DNA of 64,000 nucleotides from Clostridia bacterium (GTDB taxonomy: Bacteria; Bacillota; Clostridia; UMGS1883; UMGS1540). Made by a program: the position numbers and the translations under genes. The notes below the pieces were generated by a model, which did no database searches, had not been told where the DNA came from, and saw only the letters and a program-made list of their open reading frames with translations. Each line of letters begins with the position of its first letter. The first letter of the stretch is position 1. Shown here one piece after another: positions 50,023 through 60,692 of the stretch. The DNA lies in NCBI GenBank assembly GCA_045533905.1, contig JAZSIR010000008.1, forward strand, positions 32,001-96,000, written 5' to 3'.

Positions 50023-51459
50023 TCAGCGAAGCGCTTCGAGCGCCTCGCGAAGTTTCGTTTGAATTACACCCGGGTTTGCCTTGCCGCGAGACGCGCGCAT
50101 GACCTGCCCCGTCAAAAAGCCGATGGCTTTATCCTTACCTGCGCGGAAGTCCGCTACCGCCGCTTCATTCTGGCGAAGCACTTCTCCGATCATTTCCATA
50201 ATGGCGCCTTCATCGCTGATCTGTGCAAGACCTTTTTCGGAAACAATCGCTGCCGGTCCCTTTTTGCTTTCGAACATTTCGGGAAGAACCTGCTTTGCAA
50301 TCGTTCCCGTGATTGTGCCCTTTTCAATAAGGTCGATAAGTTCAAAAAGCGCTTTGCCGTCAAACGGAATTTCCTCGGCAGAAAGCGATGTTTCATTCAG
50401 AATCTTACTGATTTCGCCAAGCAGCCAGTTGGAAGCTGTTTTCGGTGCAGTGCCTGCCGCTACCGCTTCTTCAAAGAGCGTGCCGAGGCCGAGCGAGGCT
50501 GCGAGCAGACCTGCATCGTATTTCGGAATGCCAAACGTTTCAACGTATCTCTTTTTCTTTTCCGAGGGAAGCTCGGGAAGCGACGCGCGGATGGCTTCCA
50601 CCTCTACCTCTTCAATATAGATAGGCATAAGGTCGGGCTCGGGGAAATAGCGGTAATCGTGTGCTTCTTCCTTCGAGCGCATCAAAAAGCTTTCGCCCTT
50701 TGCATCGTCCCACCGCCGTGTTTCCTGCTCGACAGCACCGCCGCTTTCGAGGATGGCAATCTGACGGTCTCTCTCATAACGGATAGCACGGACAGCTGCA
50801 TGGAAGGAGTTTACATTCTTGCACTCACTGCGAACGCCGAATTCCTTCTGCCCTTCGGGACGTACGGAAACGTTGATATCACATCTGAGCGAGCCTTCCT
50901 GCATCTTACAGTCAGAAACGCCGATAGCCTCAAGGGTGGACTTGATGGTCTCTAAAAATGCCATCGCCTCCTCAGGCGAGCGCATATCCGGCTCACTTAC
51001 AATTTCAATCAGCGGAACACCGCCGCGGTTATAGTCTACAAGCGAGAAGTTTGCGCCTTCCGCGTGCAGAAGCTTGCCGGCATCTTCTTCGATATGGATG
51101 CGGGTGATGCCGATGTTTTTCATCCCGTCTTCCGTGTCAATTTCTACAAAGCCGCCTGCACAAAGCGGAATGTCAAACTGGGAAATCTGGTAAGCCTTCG
51201 GAAGGTCAGGATAAAAATAATTCTTTCTGTCCTGCTTGCAATACGGCGCGATGTTGCAGTGCATAGAAAGCCCTGCCCGCACGGCATACTCCACAACCTT
51301 CCGGTTCAGAACGGGCAGTGCGCCCGGAAGACCGATACATACAGGGCAGCAACGCGTATTCGTATCTCCGCCGAAGCTGTTTTCACAGCTGCAGTAAATC
51401 TTGGTTTTTGTACTGAGCTCAGCGTGTACCTCAAGCCCAATAACGGTTTCGTATCTCAT
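50023..51459 (-). CDS. gatB: Asp/Glu-tRNA amidotransferase subunit B
   Basis: IGLEVH, RKNYFYPDLPK, EEDAGK, YRYFPEPD. Confidence 0.97.
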   Translation of the reverse strand: MRYETVIGLEVHAELSTKTKIYCSCENSFGGDTNTRCCPVCIGLPGALPVLNRKVVEYAVRAGLSMHCNIAPYCKQDRKNYFYPDLPKAYQISQFDIPLCAGGFVEIDTEDGMKNIGITRIHIEEDAGKLLHAEGANFSLVDYNRGGVPLIEIVSEPDMRSPEEAMAFLETIKSTLEAIGVSDCKMQEGSLRCDINVSVRPEGQKEFGVRSECKNVNSFHAAVRAIRYERDRQIAILESGGAVEQETRRWDDAKGESFLMRSKEEAHDYRYFPEPDLMPIYIEEVEVEAIRASLPELPSEKKKRYVETFGIPKYDAGLLAASLGLGTLFEEAVAAGTAPKTASNWLLGEISKILNETSLSAEEIPFDGKALFELIDLIEKGTITGTIAKQVLPEMFESKKGPAAIVSEKGLAQISDEGAIMEMIGEVLRQNEAAVADFRAGKDKAIGFLTGQVMRASRGKANPGVIQTKLREALEALR

Positions 51460-51460
51460 C

Positions 51461-52900
51461 CTATCTCCCTCCCTGTTCCAAGGCGTATGCGGCGCGCAGA
51501 ATATCCGCATCGCGCATACGGCCGCCGATAAGCTGCACCCCGATGGGAAGGCCGTTTTCATCCTGCCCGTACGGCATAGAAAGCGCCGGAAGGCCTGCAA
51601 TATTTACGGAAACCGTGCAAATATCCGCAAGGTACATCTGCACCGGATCAGCCGATTTTGCGCCGAACTTCCAGGCCGTGCACGGCGAGGTGGGCGTTAA
51701 AATACAGTCCACAGTTTCAAACACACGCGCGAAATCTTCGCAAATCAGCGTACGCGTTTTCTGCGCCTTTTTGTAATAGGCATCATAGTAACCGCTACTC
51801 AGAACGAATGTGCCGAGCATAATGCGGCGTTTTACTTCTTTACCAAAGCCTTCACTTCTCGTTTTAAGGAAGAGCTCTTCAATATTCTCACAGCCTTCTG
51901 CACGGAAGCCGTAGCGCACCCCATCGTATCTTGCGAGGTTCGAGCTTGCTTCTGCGGAAGAAATGAGGTAATACGCTTCGAGTGCATAGTCAAGCATCGG
52001 GAGCGAACAATCCACCACTTCTGCGCCCATTGCCGCATACGCTTTGGCGGCAGAAAGCACCGCTTCGCGAACAGCGGGATCGACAGCGTCGCTTAAATAT
52101 TCTTTCGGAAGACCGATGCGCATACCGCGACATTCGCCGGTAAGTGCGCCAAAGAAATCCGGCACCTCGCCTCTGTAGGAAGTGGAATCCTTTTCATCTT
52201 TGCCGCAAATGGTCGAAAGCACAAGAGCCTGGTCGCGCACGTCCTTCGTAATCGGACCAATCTGGTCAAGTGAAGAGGCAAAAGCCACAAGGCCGTAACG
52301 CGATACGAGCCCGTATGTAGGCTTCATACCCACAACGCCGCAAAACGACGCGGGCTGACGGATAGAGCCGCCCGTATCGGACCCAAGCGCAAACACAGCT
52401 TCATCCGCCGCAACAGCGGCCGCGGAGCCGCCCGAAGAGCCGCCCGGAACGTGCTCGGTGTTTCTCGGGTTCTTTGTCTTTTTAAAATAGGAGTTTTCCG
52501 TGGAAGACCCCATCGCAAATTCGTCCATATTCGCTTTGCCGACCATAACAGCGCCTGCCGCATCCAGCTTTTCATAAGCAGTGGCGCTATACGGCGGCAC
52601 ATAGTTATAAAGCATTTTGGAGGCGCACGTTGTTAAAACACCCTTCGTGGAAATATTATCTTTAATCGCCACGGGAATACCTGCAAGAGGCGAAAGTTTC
52701 TCGCCTGCCGCGATTTTTACATCCACTTCCTCGGCCTTTCTGATTGCCTCTTCGGCCGTTACGGTAATATAGCTTTCCACCGCGGGCTCTGTTTCTTCGA
52801 TATGTGCAAGCTGGGCACGAGTAAGCTCGGCGGAGGAAATCTCTTTATTTTGTATTTTTTCTGACAGCGCATGCGCCGTAAGAGATAAAAGCGCGTTCAT
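51461..52900 (-). CDS. gatA: Asp/Glu-tRNA amidotransferase subunit A
   Basis: [27 protein letters not shown]. Confidence 0.97.
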   Translation of the reverse strand: MNALLSLTAHALSEKIQNKEISSAELTRAQLAHIEETEPAVESYITVTAEEAIRKAEEVDVKIAAGEKLSPLAGIPVAIKDNISTKGVLTTCASKMLYNYVPPYSATAYEKLDAAGAVMVGKANMDEFAMGSSTENSYFKKTKNPRNTEHVPGGSSGGSAAAVAADEAVFALGSDTGGSIRQPASFCGVVGMKPTYGLVSRYGLVAFASSLDQIGPITKDVRDQALVLSTICGKDEKDSTSYRGEVPDFFGALTGECRGMRIGLPKEYLSDAVDPAVREAVLSAAKAYAAMGAEVVDCSLPMLDYALEAYYLISSAEASSNLARYDGVRYGFRAEGCENIEELFLKTRSEGFGKEVKRRIMLGTFVLSSGYYDAYYKKAQKTRTLICEDFARVFETVDCILTPTSPCTAWKFGAKSADPVQMYLADICTVSVNIAGLPALSMPYGQDENGLPIGVQLIGGRMRDADILRAAYALEQGGR

Positions 52901-52915
52901 ATGCGTTCTTCCTTT

Positions 52916-53200
52916 CTATTCGACCGTTTTGGGAACAACGAAGCATCCCATATCCTTGTCCGGCGCGTTTTGCAATATGGCGTCCGTGGAAAGCGAGGGG
53001 CAAATCTCATCCTCACGGAAAACGTTCTTGCCCTCCCCTGCAAACATAGTAGGGTCGGCCGTTGTGGAAAGCGCGGAGAGCTTATCGGCAAATGCCAGTA
53101 TGCCCTGCATCTCCCCGGTCAGTCTTTCTTTTTCTTCCTCGCAAAGTTCAAGCTTTGAAAGCTTTGCAAGGTGCTCAATTTCCTGCATTGTAATTGCCAC
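52916..53200 (-). CDS. gatC: Asp/Glu-tRNA amidotransferase subunit C
   Basis: HLAKLSKL, REDE, NAP, F.VPK. Confidence 0.93.
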   Translation of the reverse strand: MAITMQEIEHLAKLSKLELCEEEKERLTGEMQGILAFADKLSALSTTADPTMFAGEGKNVFREDEICPSLSTDAILQNAPDKDMGCFVVPKTVE

Positions 53201-53217
53201 TTATGGTCCCTCTCTTT

Positions 53218-53892
53218 CTATCGAACAATACATTTCGGCATAAATTCCAGATAATCAGCCGAAACGAGTAAATCTCTTTCGCTCTGTGCGAATTTATTCC
53301 ACGCGGTTTTGCCGTGCAGATGTCCGTACACACAAAATTCCACGTTATATTCCTCTAAAATTTCCTGAAACCCCACATCGGGCGGATAGTGCATCATCAC
53401 AATTCTCTTTTCGGAAAGCTTTTTGCCCTCGCCGAGAGAAAGCGCAAGGCGCACCATTTCACGCTCGTAAATTTTTCTGTCTTCCCCCGAAAAATCAGAA
53501 TCGAACGGAGATTTCCAGCCGCGGCAGGCACAGATTGCATATCCGTCCGCCAGCACGCTGTTATTATGCAAAAAGGTAATGGTGGAAAGTTCGTTTTCCT
53601 CCAAAAAGGCGCGAAGTTTTGCCGCCGTCACCCACCAGTAATCGTGATTTCCTTTGGAAAGAAGTTTGCGCCCCGGGAGCGCTTCAATAAATCGAAAATC
53701 CGGCAACGCTTCTTCAAGATACATTGCCCAAGAAATATCGCCGCCGATCAAAACGGTATCGTTTTCGCCCACCGTTTTCTTCCAGTTTTCAGAAATTCTT
53801 TCCACATAGTTTTCCCATCCGCCGCCAAACACATCCATCGGCTTATTAATGCCGAGCGGCAAATGCAAATCGGACATGGCAAATATAGCCAT
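53218..53892 (-). CDS. Calcineurin-like metallophosphoesterase
   Basis: SDLH, GDISW, GNHD, HYPP, GHLH. Confidence 0.92.
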   Translation of the reverse strand: MAIFAMSDLHLPLGINKPMDVFGGGWENYVERISENWKKTVGENDTVLIGGDISWAMYLEEALPDFRFIEALPGRKLLSKGNHDYWWVTAAKLRAFLEENELSTITFLHNNSVLADGYAICACRGWKSPFDSDFSGEDRKIYEREMVRLALSLGEGKKLSEKRIVMMHYPPDVGFQEILEEYNVEFCVYGHLHGKTAWNKFAQSERDLLVSADYLEFMPKCIVR

Positions 53893-53969
53893 AGACACTC
53901 TCCCTTAGTATAACAAACTGTTTTTTGACACAAGCTATATAGGAATTCAAAAAGAAGGAGGGTATATGT

Positions 53970-54158
53970 ATGCAACCGAATCGAAATGAAAAAGTACTGC
54001 GCGATGTAAAGTGCAGTGTGAAAAGCTGCCACTTTAACGACTCGGACGGTAAGTGCCGCGCAGAAGCCATTGAGGTAAGCCCCTGCTCCGGCACAGGCTG
54101 CGAAGGCACGCTCTGCGCCACCTTCGTAGACCGCGACAAATGCGGGAGCTGTTACTAA
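53970..54158 (+). CDS. Small Cys-rich protein (DUF1540-like)
   Basis: VKCSVKSCHFN...CRAEAIEV...CATF; SD AAGGAGG. Confidence 0.85.
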   Translation: MQPNRNEKVLRDVKCSVKSCHFNDSDGKCRAEAIEVSPCSGTGCEGTLCATFVDRDKCGSCY

Positions 54159-54171
54159 CCCCAAACACGCC

Positions 54172-54212
54172 GTGCCGCCCTGCACGCAGATTTTCTGCCT
54201 ACAGGGCGGTAC
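54172..54212. terminator. Hairpin between convergent genes
   Basis: GTGCCGCCCTG...CAGGGCGGTAC stem. Confidence 0.5.
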
Positions 54213-54216
54213 AAAT

Positions 54217-55698
54217 TTATATTCTAAGTAACGTTTTCACAGCCTCGCGCATCTTATCCGGTGCGCAGCTTTCCGAAAATCTTTCCTTCTTTTCGCGAAG
54301 ACTCCGCAGAGCCTCCGGAACGGGCAGACCGCTTTTTGCAAAAAGGGCGGATAAAATGGCAAAGTCATCTTCCGGCACATCCTCGTCCAAAGCGCCAAGC
54401 ACGCTCTTCCCGAATTTATACGGGCTTGCCGTGGAGGCAATCACCGTTTTGGCCGTATCACCCGTTTCCTTCACATACTCTTCATATACGCGGACGGCAA
54501 CGGCTGTGTGTGTATCAATAAGATACCCGTATTTTTCATACGTTTCGCGGATGGTTTCGCAGGTTTCCGCATCGTTGCAGGCCCCTGCCCAGAGGAGCTT
54601 CTGCATTTTGGAAAGCGTTTCGGCATCTACCGAGTAGCCGCCTTCCTCACGGAGTGCCTGCATCCAGGCGCTTACATTTTCCGCATCCTCGCCCGAAATA
54701 TCATAGAGAAATCTTTCGAGGTTACTGGAAATGAGAATATCCATCGACGGCGAAATCGTAAGGTGGAAATTACGCTCGCGATTATAGCGGCCTGTGCGGA
54801 TAAACTCTGTAAGTACATCGTTTTCATTGGAGGCGCAGATAAGTCGACCTACCGGCACGCCCATCTTCTTTGCATAATACGCCGCCAGAATATTGCCGAA
54901 GTTCCCCGTCGGAACTACTACATTGAAGGTCTCGCCTTCGGCGAGCTCTCCTTTTTCCCGAAGGGTAACCCAGGAAGAAACATAATATACAATCTGCGGA
55001 ACGAGTCTGCCCCAGTTGATGGAGTTTGCAGAAGACAAAACAATGTTGTTTTCTTTCAGAAACGCGTTATATTCGGCATCGGTAAAGATGGCTTTTACGC
55101 CGTTTTGCGCATCGTCAAAATTACCTTGTACGGCCATAACGCCTACATTGGCGCCTTCCTGTGTGACCATCTGGAACTTCTGGATATTGCTTACGCCGTC
55201 CCGCGGGAAGAATACCAAAACGCGCGTGCCTTCCACATCGCGGAAACCTTCGAGTGCCGCTTTGCCGGTATCGCCGCTTGTAGCTACCAAAATAGCCACC
55301 TCATCGGAAATGCCGTTTTTGCGCATCGAAACTGTCAGAAGATGCGGGAGAATCTGCAGCGCCATATCCTTGAACGCGCAGGTGGGCCCGTGCCAAAGCT
55401 CTAAAATGTGTGCTGTGTCCGAAAGCTTTGTAAGAGGCGCGATTGTATCCGATTCGAACTTTTCCGCCGTGTAAGCCGCCGAAACCGAGGCCTCAACTTC
55501 TTCGGGCGTAAAATCCGAAAGAAAAGCGGATAAAATTACATTGGCCCGTTCCTTATACGAAAGTGGAATCAGCGTTTCCACCTCCGGAAGACGCGGGAAC
55601 GCCTCGGGCACATACAGACCGCCATCGGGGGCCAGTCCCTTCACAATTGCCGCCGAAGCGGAGACTGCCGCCGCACCGCGGGTACTTTTGTACATCAT
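54217..55698 (-). CDS. thrC: Threonine synthase
   Basis: YKSTRG, GLAPDGGL, HGPTCAFKD, ATSGDTG, NSINWGR, VPTGNFG. Confidence 0.96.
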   Translation of the reverse strand: MMYKSTRGAAAVSASAAIVKGLAPDGGLYVPEAFPRLPEVETLIPLSYKERANVILSAFLSDFTPEEVEASVSAAYTAEKFESDTIAPLTKLSDTAHILELWHGPTCAFKDMALQILPHLLTVSMRKNGISDEVAILVATSGDTGKAALEGFRDVEGTRVLVFFPRDGVSNIQKFQMVTQEGANVGVMAVQGNFDDAQNGVKAIFTDAEYNAFLKENNIVLSSANSINWGRLVPQIVYYVSSWVTLREKGELAEGETFNVVVPTGNFGNILAAYYAKKMGVPVGRLICASNENDVLTEFIRTGRYNRERNFHLTISPSMDILISSNLERFLYDISGEDAENVSAWMQALREEGGYSVDAETLSKMQKLLWAGACNDAETCETIRETYEKYGYLIDTHTAVAVRVYEEYVKETGDTAKTVIASTASPYKFGKSVLGALDEDVPEDDFAILSALFAKSGLPVPEALRSLREKKERFSESCAPDKMREAVKTLLRI

Positions 55699-55728
55699 GT
55701 AAGTTACATTCCTTTCTGTGTTGAGGCC

Positions 55729-56136
55729 TTATGCAAATGCTTTAATCTTGTCACTTGCTTCCTCTGCAGACATACTGAGAGAAATTGCCATCTGCACATC
55801 AAACTTTGCAGTAAGTGCAGTTGCCTTTTCGAGGAACTTTTCAAGATCTTCCATACTGCCCTTGGCAATCTTTTTGATGCCGTCTACAAAAATATGGGAC
55901 ACATCATAATTCTGTGCTAAAATGCCGCTCAGAAGGCCGTAGAACTCTTCATAGGTTTCTACTGCGAATTCAGAAGTGTCAACAAGGCGAATCTTGTGGC
56001 TCACATCAAATATATGGCGGGCACCGTTATTGATGAATACCACATTTCCTTTTTCGCTTTCTACTGCAGCGTGTACGCTGTCGAGAAGCATTTTGGTCTT
56101 GCCCGTTCCTTTTTCACCGAGAATTACTCTAATCAT
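55729..56136 (-). CDS. Small P-loop protein of unknown function
   Basis: Walker A GEKGTGKT and Walker B-like HIFVD in 135 aa. Confidence 0.8.
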   Translation of the reverse strand: MIRVILGEKGTGKTKMLLDSVHAAVESEKGNVVFINNGARHIFDVSHKIRLVDTSEFAVETYEEFYGLLSGILAQNYDVSHIFVDGIKKIAKGSMEDLEKFLEKATALTAKFDVQMAISLSMSAEEASDKIKAFA

Positions 56137-56167
56137 AGTATTCGCCAACCTTTCATTGTTTATTTAC

Positions 56168-56184
56168 ACAGTCCCCCGGACTGT
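56168..56184. repeat. Palindrome matching the core hairpin of the tRNA-linked unit
   Basis: ACAGTCC-CCC-GGACTGT versus ACAGTCC-ACC-GGACTGT at 43541-43557. Confidence 0.6.
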
Positions 56185-56194
56185 TTTTCACTTT

Positions 56195-57541
56195 TTAGAA
56201 ATTTTCAAGTCTTTTGCGAAGGGCCACGCCGGCTTCTTCATAGCCGGGTTTACCGAGCAGTGCAAACATATTCTTCTTGTAGGCTTCTACGCCCGGCTGG
56301 TCAAACGGATTTACACCGAGAAGGTAGCCGCTGATGGCACAAGCCTTTTCGAAGAAGTATACGGCCTTACCGAAGTTATATGCATCAAGACGGTCGATCT
56401 CAATTACGAGGCACGGTACGCCGCCGTCTGTATGCGCAAGAGCCGTTCCCAAAAACGCCTGCTTGTTGACATAATCCACAGTTTTGCCGATGAGGAAATC
56501 GAGGCCGTCTGCATTGCCTTCCATCTTCGGCACCGCCTCATCACCGCGAACCGTTTCTATATGGAGCACCGTTTCAAAAAGGTTCCGGACACCGTCCTGC
56601 AGATACTGCCCCATAGAGTGCAGATCTGTAGAAAAATCAACTGCAGCCGGGAAAACACCCTTGCCGTCCTTGCCTTCACTTTCGCCGTAGAGCTGCTTCC
56701 ACCATTCTGCAAAGTAGTGCAGATTCGGTTCATAGTTTGCAAGCACCTCTGTGGTCTTGCCTTTTCTGTATAAAACATTTCTCGCAATTGCATAGGAGTA
56801 GCAATCGTTCGAAAGCGGATCCTCTTCGCTATATGTATCCATTGCCTCGCGGGCGCCTTCCATCATAGCATCAATGTCAATGCCGGCTGCGGCAATCGGC
56901 AGAAGGCCCACCGGCGTTAAAACAGAGTAGCGACCGCCGACATCATCCGGAATTACAAAGCGCTCATAGCCTTCTTCCACGGCAACGCCGTAAAGTGCGC
57001 CGCGGCTTTTATCTGTGGTTACAAAGATTCTTTCCTTTGCACCTTCCTTGCCATACTTCTTTTCCAGGAGCTCCTTGAAGAAGCGGAAAGCGATGGCCGG
57101 TTCCGTGGTTGTGCCCGACTTCGAAATAACGTTTACAGCGACTTCCTTCCCTTCGATGGCTTCCAGCAGCTCATGAAGGTATGCGCCGCTGAGGTTATGC
57201 CCTGCAAAGAAAATCTGCGGGGCCTGTCTCTTTTCCTTCGGAAGAAGATTGAAGAACGAATGGCCGAGCATCTCGATGGCCGCTTTGGCGCCGAGATAGG
57301 AACCGCCGATGCCGATAACAATCAAAACATCTGCCGTTTCGCGGATTTTCTGCGCCGCTTTTTTAATGCGGGCAAATTCTTCTTTATCGTATGCAGCGGG
57401 AAGATCGAGCCAGCCTGTAAAATCGTTCCCCTGCCCTGTTTTCGAATGTAAAAGTGTGTGTGCGGCACGCGCCATGGGTGCGAGTGCTTCCATTTCCTCT
57501 TTGCGGATAAAATCGCCAGCGTATGCGTACGAAAAATGCAT
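56195..57541 (-). CDS. pgi: Glucose-6-phosphate isomerase
   Basis: [36 protein letters not shown]. Confidence 0.97.
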   Translation of the reverse strand: MHFSYAYAGDFIRKEEMEALAPMARAAHTLLHSKTGQGNDFTGWLDLPAAYDKEEFARIKKAAQKIRETADVLIVIGIGGSYLGAKAAIEMLGHSFFNLLPKEKRQAPQIFFAGHNLSGAYLHELLEAIEGKEVAVNVISKSGTTTEPAIAFRFFKELLEKKYGKEGAKERIFVTTDKSRGALYGVAVEEGYERFVIPDDVGGRYSVLTPVGLLPIAAAGIDIDAMMEGAREAMDTYSEEDPLSNDCYSYAIARNVLYRKGKTTEVLANYEPNLHYFAEWWKQLYGESEGKDGKGVFPAAVDFSTDLHSMGQYLQDGVRNLFETVLHIETVRGDEAVPKMEGNADGLDFLIGKTVDYVNKQAFLGTALAHTDGGVPCLVIEIDRLDAYNFGKAVYFFEKACAISGYLLGVNPFDQPGVEAYKKNMFALLGKPGYEEAGVALRKRLENF

Positions 57542-57554
57542 ATTGAATTCTCCT

Positions 57555-58028
57555 TTATACTCTATCTATGAGACACACAGCCTCTGCCGCAATGCCTTCT
57601 TCCCTTCCCGTAAAGCCCATCTTCTCAGTTGTAGTGGCTTTGATGCTGACAGCATCTATATCTGTCTCTAAAATTTCCGCAATCGTCTTTCTCATTTCGT
57701 CTATGTACGGTGCAAGCTTCGGTTTCTGCGCGATGACAGTTACATCTGCATTTATAAGCGTATAGCCATATTCCGAAAGATATTCTTTTACCACTTTCAG
57801 AAGAAGCGTGCTGCGGATATCCTTAAATTCTGCCGACGACGGCGGAAAGAGTTTTCCGATATCGCCAAGTGCCGCGGCACCGAGCATTGCATCCATCAGC
57901 GCGTGAATCAGCACATCTGCATCCGAATGCCCGAGAAGGCCTTTTTCGTGTGGCACTTCCACGCCGCCTAGATATAGCTTTCTGCCCGTTTCAAATCGAT
58001 GTGCATCAAATCCGTGCCCTATTCGCAT
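57555..58028 (-). CDS. ispF: MEcDP synthase
   Basis: [23 protein letters not shown]. Confidence 0.97.
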   Translation of the reverse strand: MRIGHGFDAHRFETGRKLYLGGVEVPHEKGLLGHSDADVLIHALMDAMLGAAALGDIGKLFPPSSAEFKDIRSTLLLKVVKEYLSEYGYTLINADVTVIAQKPKLAPYIDEMRKTIAEILETDIDAVSIKATTTEKMGFTGREEGIAAEAVCLIDRV

Positions 58029-58711
58029 CCCGCATCTCTCCTTTTTGAAAGGATTGTCTCCGCCACCTGAAGGTCAAAAGGGGTTGTGATTTTAATATTC
58101 CGGTAATCAGACTCCACCACTTTGACACGGCCACCGGCGTGTTCTACCGCAGACGCGTCATCCGTTACAGATTCCATATCCGCTTCAAGCGCCGCCTTTA
58201 TAAGGTCACGCCGGAACACCTGCGGCGTTTGCGCCTGCCAGAGTGTTTCGCGCGGTGGCGTTTCCAAAATGATTTCTCCGTCCACTTTTTTAACCGTATC
58301 CACAGCGCGGACGGCCGCAATGGCTGCCCCCGTCTCACGGCTGCCGCGGATGACGGCTTCGATAATTTCGGGCGTTATACACGCGCGGGCACCGTCGTGC
58401 ACGACCACAACGTCTGCATCTTCTGCTTCCAGAATGCCGTTGTATACGCTTTCAGCGCGGGTTTCGCCGCCGCGGATAATGGCACTGACCTTGCAGATCC
58501 CACCACCGGCTACGATCTCCCTATATGAAAAGATGTCCTGTTCAGTTGCGACGAGAATCACTTCGTCAACGAGGGGACAACGTTCAAAGGCAGAGAGTGT
58601 GTGCGAAAGCACGGGCTTCCCCGCAACTTCCAAAAGCACTTTATTGATTTCGGCCCCCATCCGCCGACCTCGGCCGGCAGCAGGGATAATGGCTGTAATC
58701 TTTTCCTTCAT
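58019..58711 (-). CDS. ispD: MEP cytidylyltransferase
   Basis: AAG.GRRM, HDGAR, QTPQ.F, TDD, NIKITT. Confidence 0.96.
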   Translation of the reverse strand: MKEKITAIIPAAGRGRRMGAEINKVLLEVAGKPVLSHTLSAFERCPLVDEVILVATEQDIFSYREIVAGGGICKVSAIIRGGETRAESVYNGILEAEDADVVVVHDGARACITPEIIEAVIRGSRETGAAIAAVRAVDTVKKVDGEIILETPPRETLWQAQTPQVFRRDLIKAALEADMESVTDDASAVEHAGGRVKVVESDYRNIKITTPFDLQVAETILSKRRDAGCE

Positions 58712-58760
58712 ATGCAAAGAGGCCGTGTGCAAAAAGCGCGGGCCCTGCCTTTCTGTTATT

Positions 58761-59243
58761 TTATTCTACGGAGAGCGCTTCTTCAAAAAGACGCTCGATT
58801 TCTTCGTGTGTACTATTTTTTGCAAGGACAAGTTCGCTAATAAGGATCTGCTTGGCGTTTGTCAGCATTTTCTTTTCGCCCGTGGAAAGCCCTTTTGTTT
58901 TATCGCGACACATCAGCATCTTTACAACGCCCGCCACTTCGTATACATTGCCGCTTTTGATTTTCAGCATATTTTCTCTGTAGCGTTTGTTCCAGCTGTT
59001 TTCGCATTCCGTTTCGAGCGCGCCGAATTCACCAATGACCTTGTCAGCCTCTTTACAGTCGATTACGTCACGGATACCGATTCGTTCGGCGTTGAGCATA
59101 GGAATCATAACCTTCATATCCCCAAGCGGCATCTTCATGACATAATATTTATTGACTTCGCCATGGAACTCCTGTTCCTCAATGGACTCGATAATCCCTG
59201 CACCGTACATAGGGTAAACCACCTTGTCGCCGATGCTGTACAT
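58761..59243 (-). CDS. carD: CarD-family transcription factor
   Basis: GDKVVYP..GAG, W.KRYR, LISEL. Confidence 0.93.
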   Translation of the reverse strand: MYSIGDKVVYPMYGAGIIESIEEQEFHGEVNKYYVMKMPLGDMKVMIPMLNAERIGIRDVIDCKEADKVIGEFGALETECENSWNKRYRENMLKIKSGNVYEVAGVVKMLMCRDKTKGLSTGEKKMLTNAKQILISELVLAKNSTHEEIERLFEEALSVE

Positions 59244-59288
59244 ATCTAATTACGCCTCCCGCCTTGTCAAACGACTTCGTATGGTATT

Positions 59289-59317
59289 ATTATACTACAT
59301 TATGAGTATTTTGTCAA
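59289..59317 (-). promoter_or_regulatory. SigA promoter of carD-ispD-ispF
   Basis: Perfect TTGACA-N17-TATAAT. Confidence 0.8.
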
Positions 59318-59343
59318 ATATCAATTTCACTTTTTTCTGCATT

Positions 59344-60024
59344 TTAATGCCCCAAATTCGGTATCTGCCAGTCAATTGGACTTTGTACGGTTTCCACTAA
59401 AAATGCATTGGTTTTCCGAAAGTGATCGCAGCCGAAAAAGCCGTTATATGCAGACAGTGGGCTTGGATGCGGCGCCTCGAGACAAAGATGCTTTTTGCGG
59501 TCTACGCGTTCCGCCTTTTTGCGGGCGTTTGCACCCCAGAGAAGAAACACCATCGGCTTTTCGCGCGCAGAAAGAGCATCAATCACAGCGTCTGTGAAAA
59601 TTTCCCAACCGCGATCCTTATGGGAGTTCGGTTCGCCCTCGCGAACGGACATTACTGCATTCAGAAGCAGCACACCTTCCTCCGCCCAGGGCATAAGATA
59701 GCCGTTATCCGGAATGAAGCCACCAGTTTCGCTCACAATTTCTTTATAAATATTTACAAGAGACGGCGGTGCCGGCACCCCAGGGCGCACGGAGAAGCAC
59801 ATACCATGTGCCTGCCCCGGACCGTGGTACGGGTCCTGCCCGATAATTACAACCTTCACCTTTTCATACGGGGTTGCACGAAGCGCGGAGAAAAGGTCAT
59901 ACATATCGGGATACACCGTCTTCGTTTCATATTCTTCTTTCAGAAAAGCACGAAGGGCGGCATAGTACGGCTTCTGAAACTCGCCGCCGATAATCCTGTC
60001 CCAATCGTTCCCGATTTTAGGCAT
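59344..60024 (-). CDS. ung: Uracil-DNA glycosylase (family 1)
   Basis: GQDPYH, PPSL.NI, LLLN, HPSPLSA. Confidence 0.97.
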   Translation of the reverse strand: MPKIGNDWDRIIGGEFQKPYYAALRAFLKEEYETKTVYPDMYDLFSALRATPYEKVKVVIIGQDPYHGPGQAHGMCFSVRPGVPAPPSLVNIYKEIVSETGGFIPDNGYLMPWAEEGVLLLNAVMSVREGEPNSHKDRGWEIFTDAVIDALSAREKPMVFLLWGANARKKAERVDRKKHLCLEAPHPSPLSAYNGFFGCDHFRKTNAFLVETVQSPIDWQIPNLGH

Positions 60025-60036
60025 AGCTCCCCCTCC

Positions 60037-60690
60037 TTACAGATACTGCAATATTTCCGTAGGCGTTTCCACAACGGCATCCGCGCCGCCCGAGATAAGC
60101 TCCTCACGGTCGCGAAAGCCCCAAAGCACACCGATGGTGAAAAAACCTGCACGCTTGCCGGTTTCCATATCCACCGCCGTATCACCGGCGTAGAGACATT
60201 CTTCGGGTGCGCATCCCATCTTCGCGGCAATGTCAAGCGCCGCCGTAGGATCCGGCTTGATCGGCACGCCTTCCATGGCGCCGCGCATTTCCACAAAGGT
60301 TTCGGCGCCGAAAAAGCTTTTCAAAATCGGCACGGTTGCTTCGTGCGGCTTATTGGAAAGCACGGAGATTTTCACGCCTTTTTCCGAAAGGCCTTTCAAA
60401 AGTTCCGTAATACCGGGGTATATTTCTGTTTTGTAAAGTGTGTCACGATTGTAGGCCTCTATGTATGCAGGATACAGCTTCTCAAAATTCTCTTCCGTAT
60501 CCGCGCCACGGCCGGCAAGCATCCGGTGCACAAGGTTTTTGGCGCCATTTCCCACCATATAGCGGTATGCATCCTTTTCGTACGGCGCAAAACCGAAGTC
60601 CACAAGTGTTTTATTACAGTAATAGGCAAGCGTTTCGAGCGTGTCGAGGAGCGTGCCGTCCAGATCAAAAACGATTCCTTTGTATGCCAT
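60037..60690 (-). CDS. HAD-family hydrolase (phosphoglycolate phosphatase-like)
   Basis: FDLDGTL, SNK, KPDP, GD...D. Confidence 0.9.
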   Translation of the reverse strand: MAYKGIVFDLDGTLLDTLETLAYYCNKTLVDFGFAPYEKDAYRYMVGNGAKNLVHRMLAGRGADTEENFEKLYPAYIEAYNRDTLYKTEIYPGITELLKGLSEKGVKISVLSNKPHEATVPILKSFFGAETFVEMRGAMEGVPIKPDPTAALDIAAKMGCAPEECLYAGDTAVDMETGKRAGFFTIGVLWGFRDREELISGGADAVVETPTEILQYL

Positions 60691-60692
60691 TT

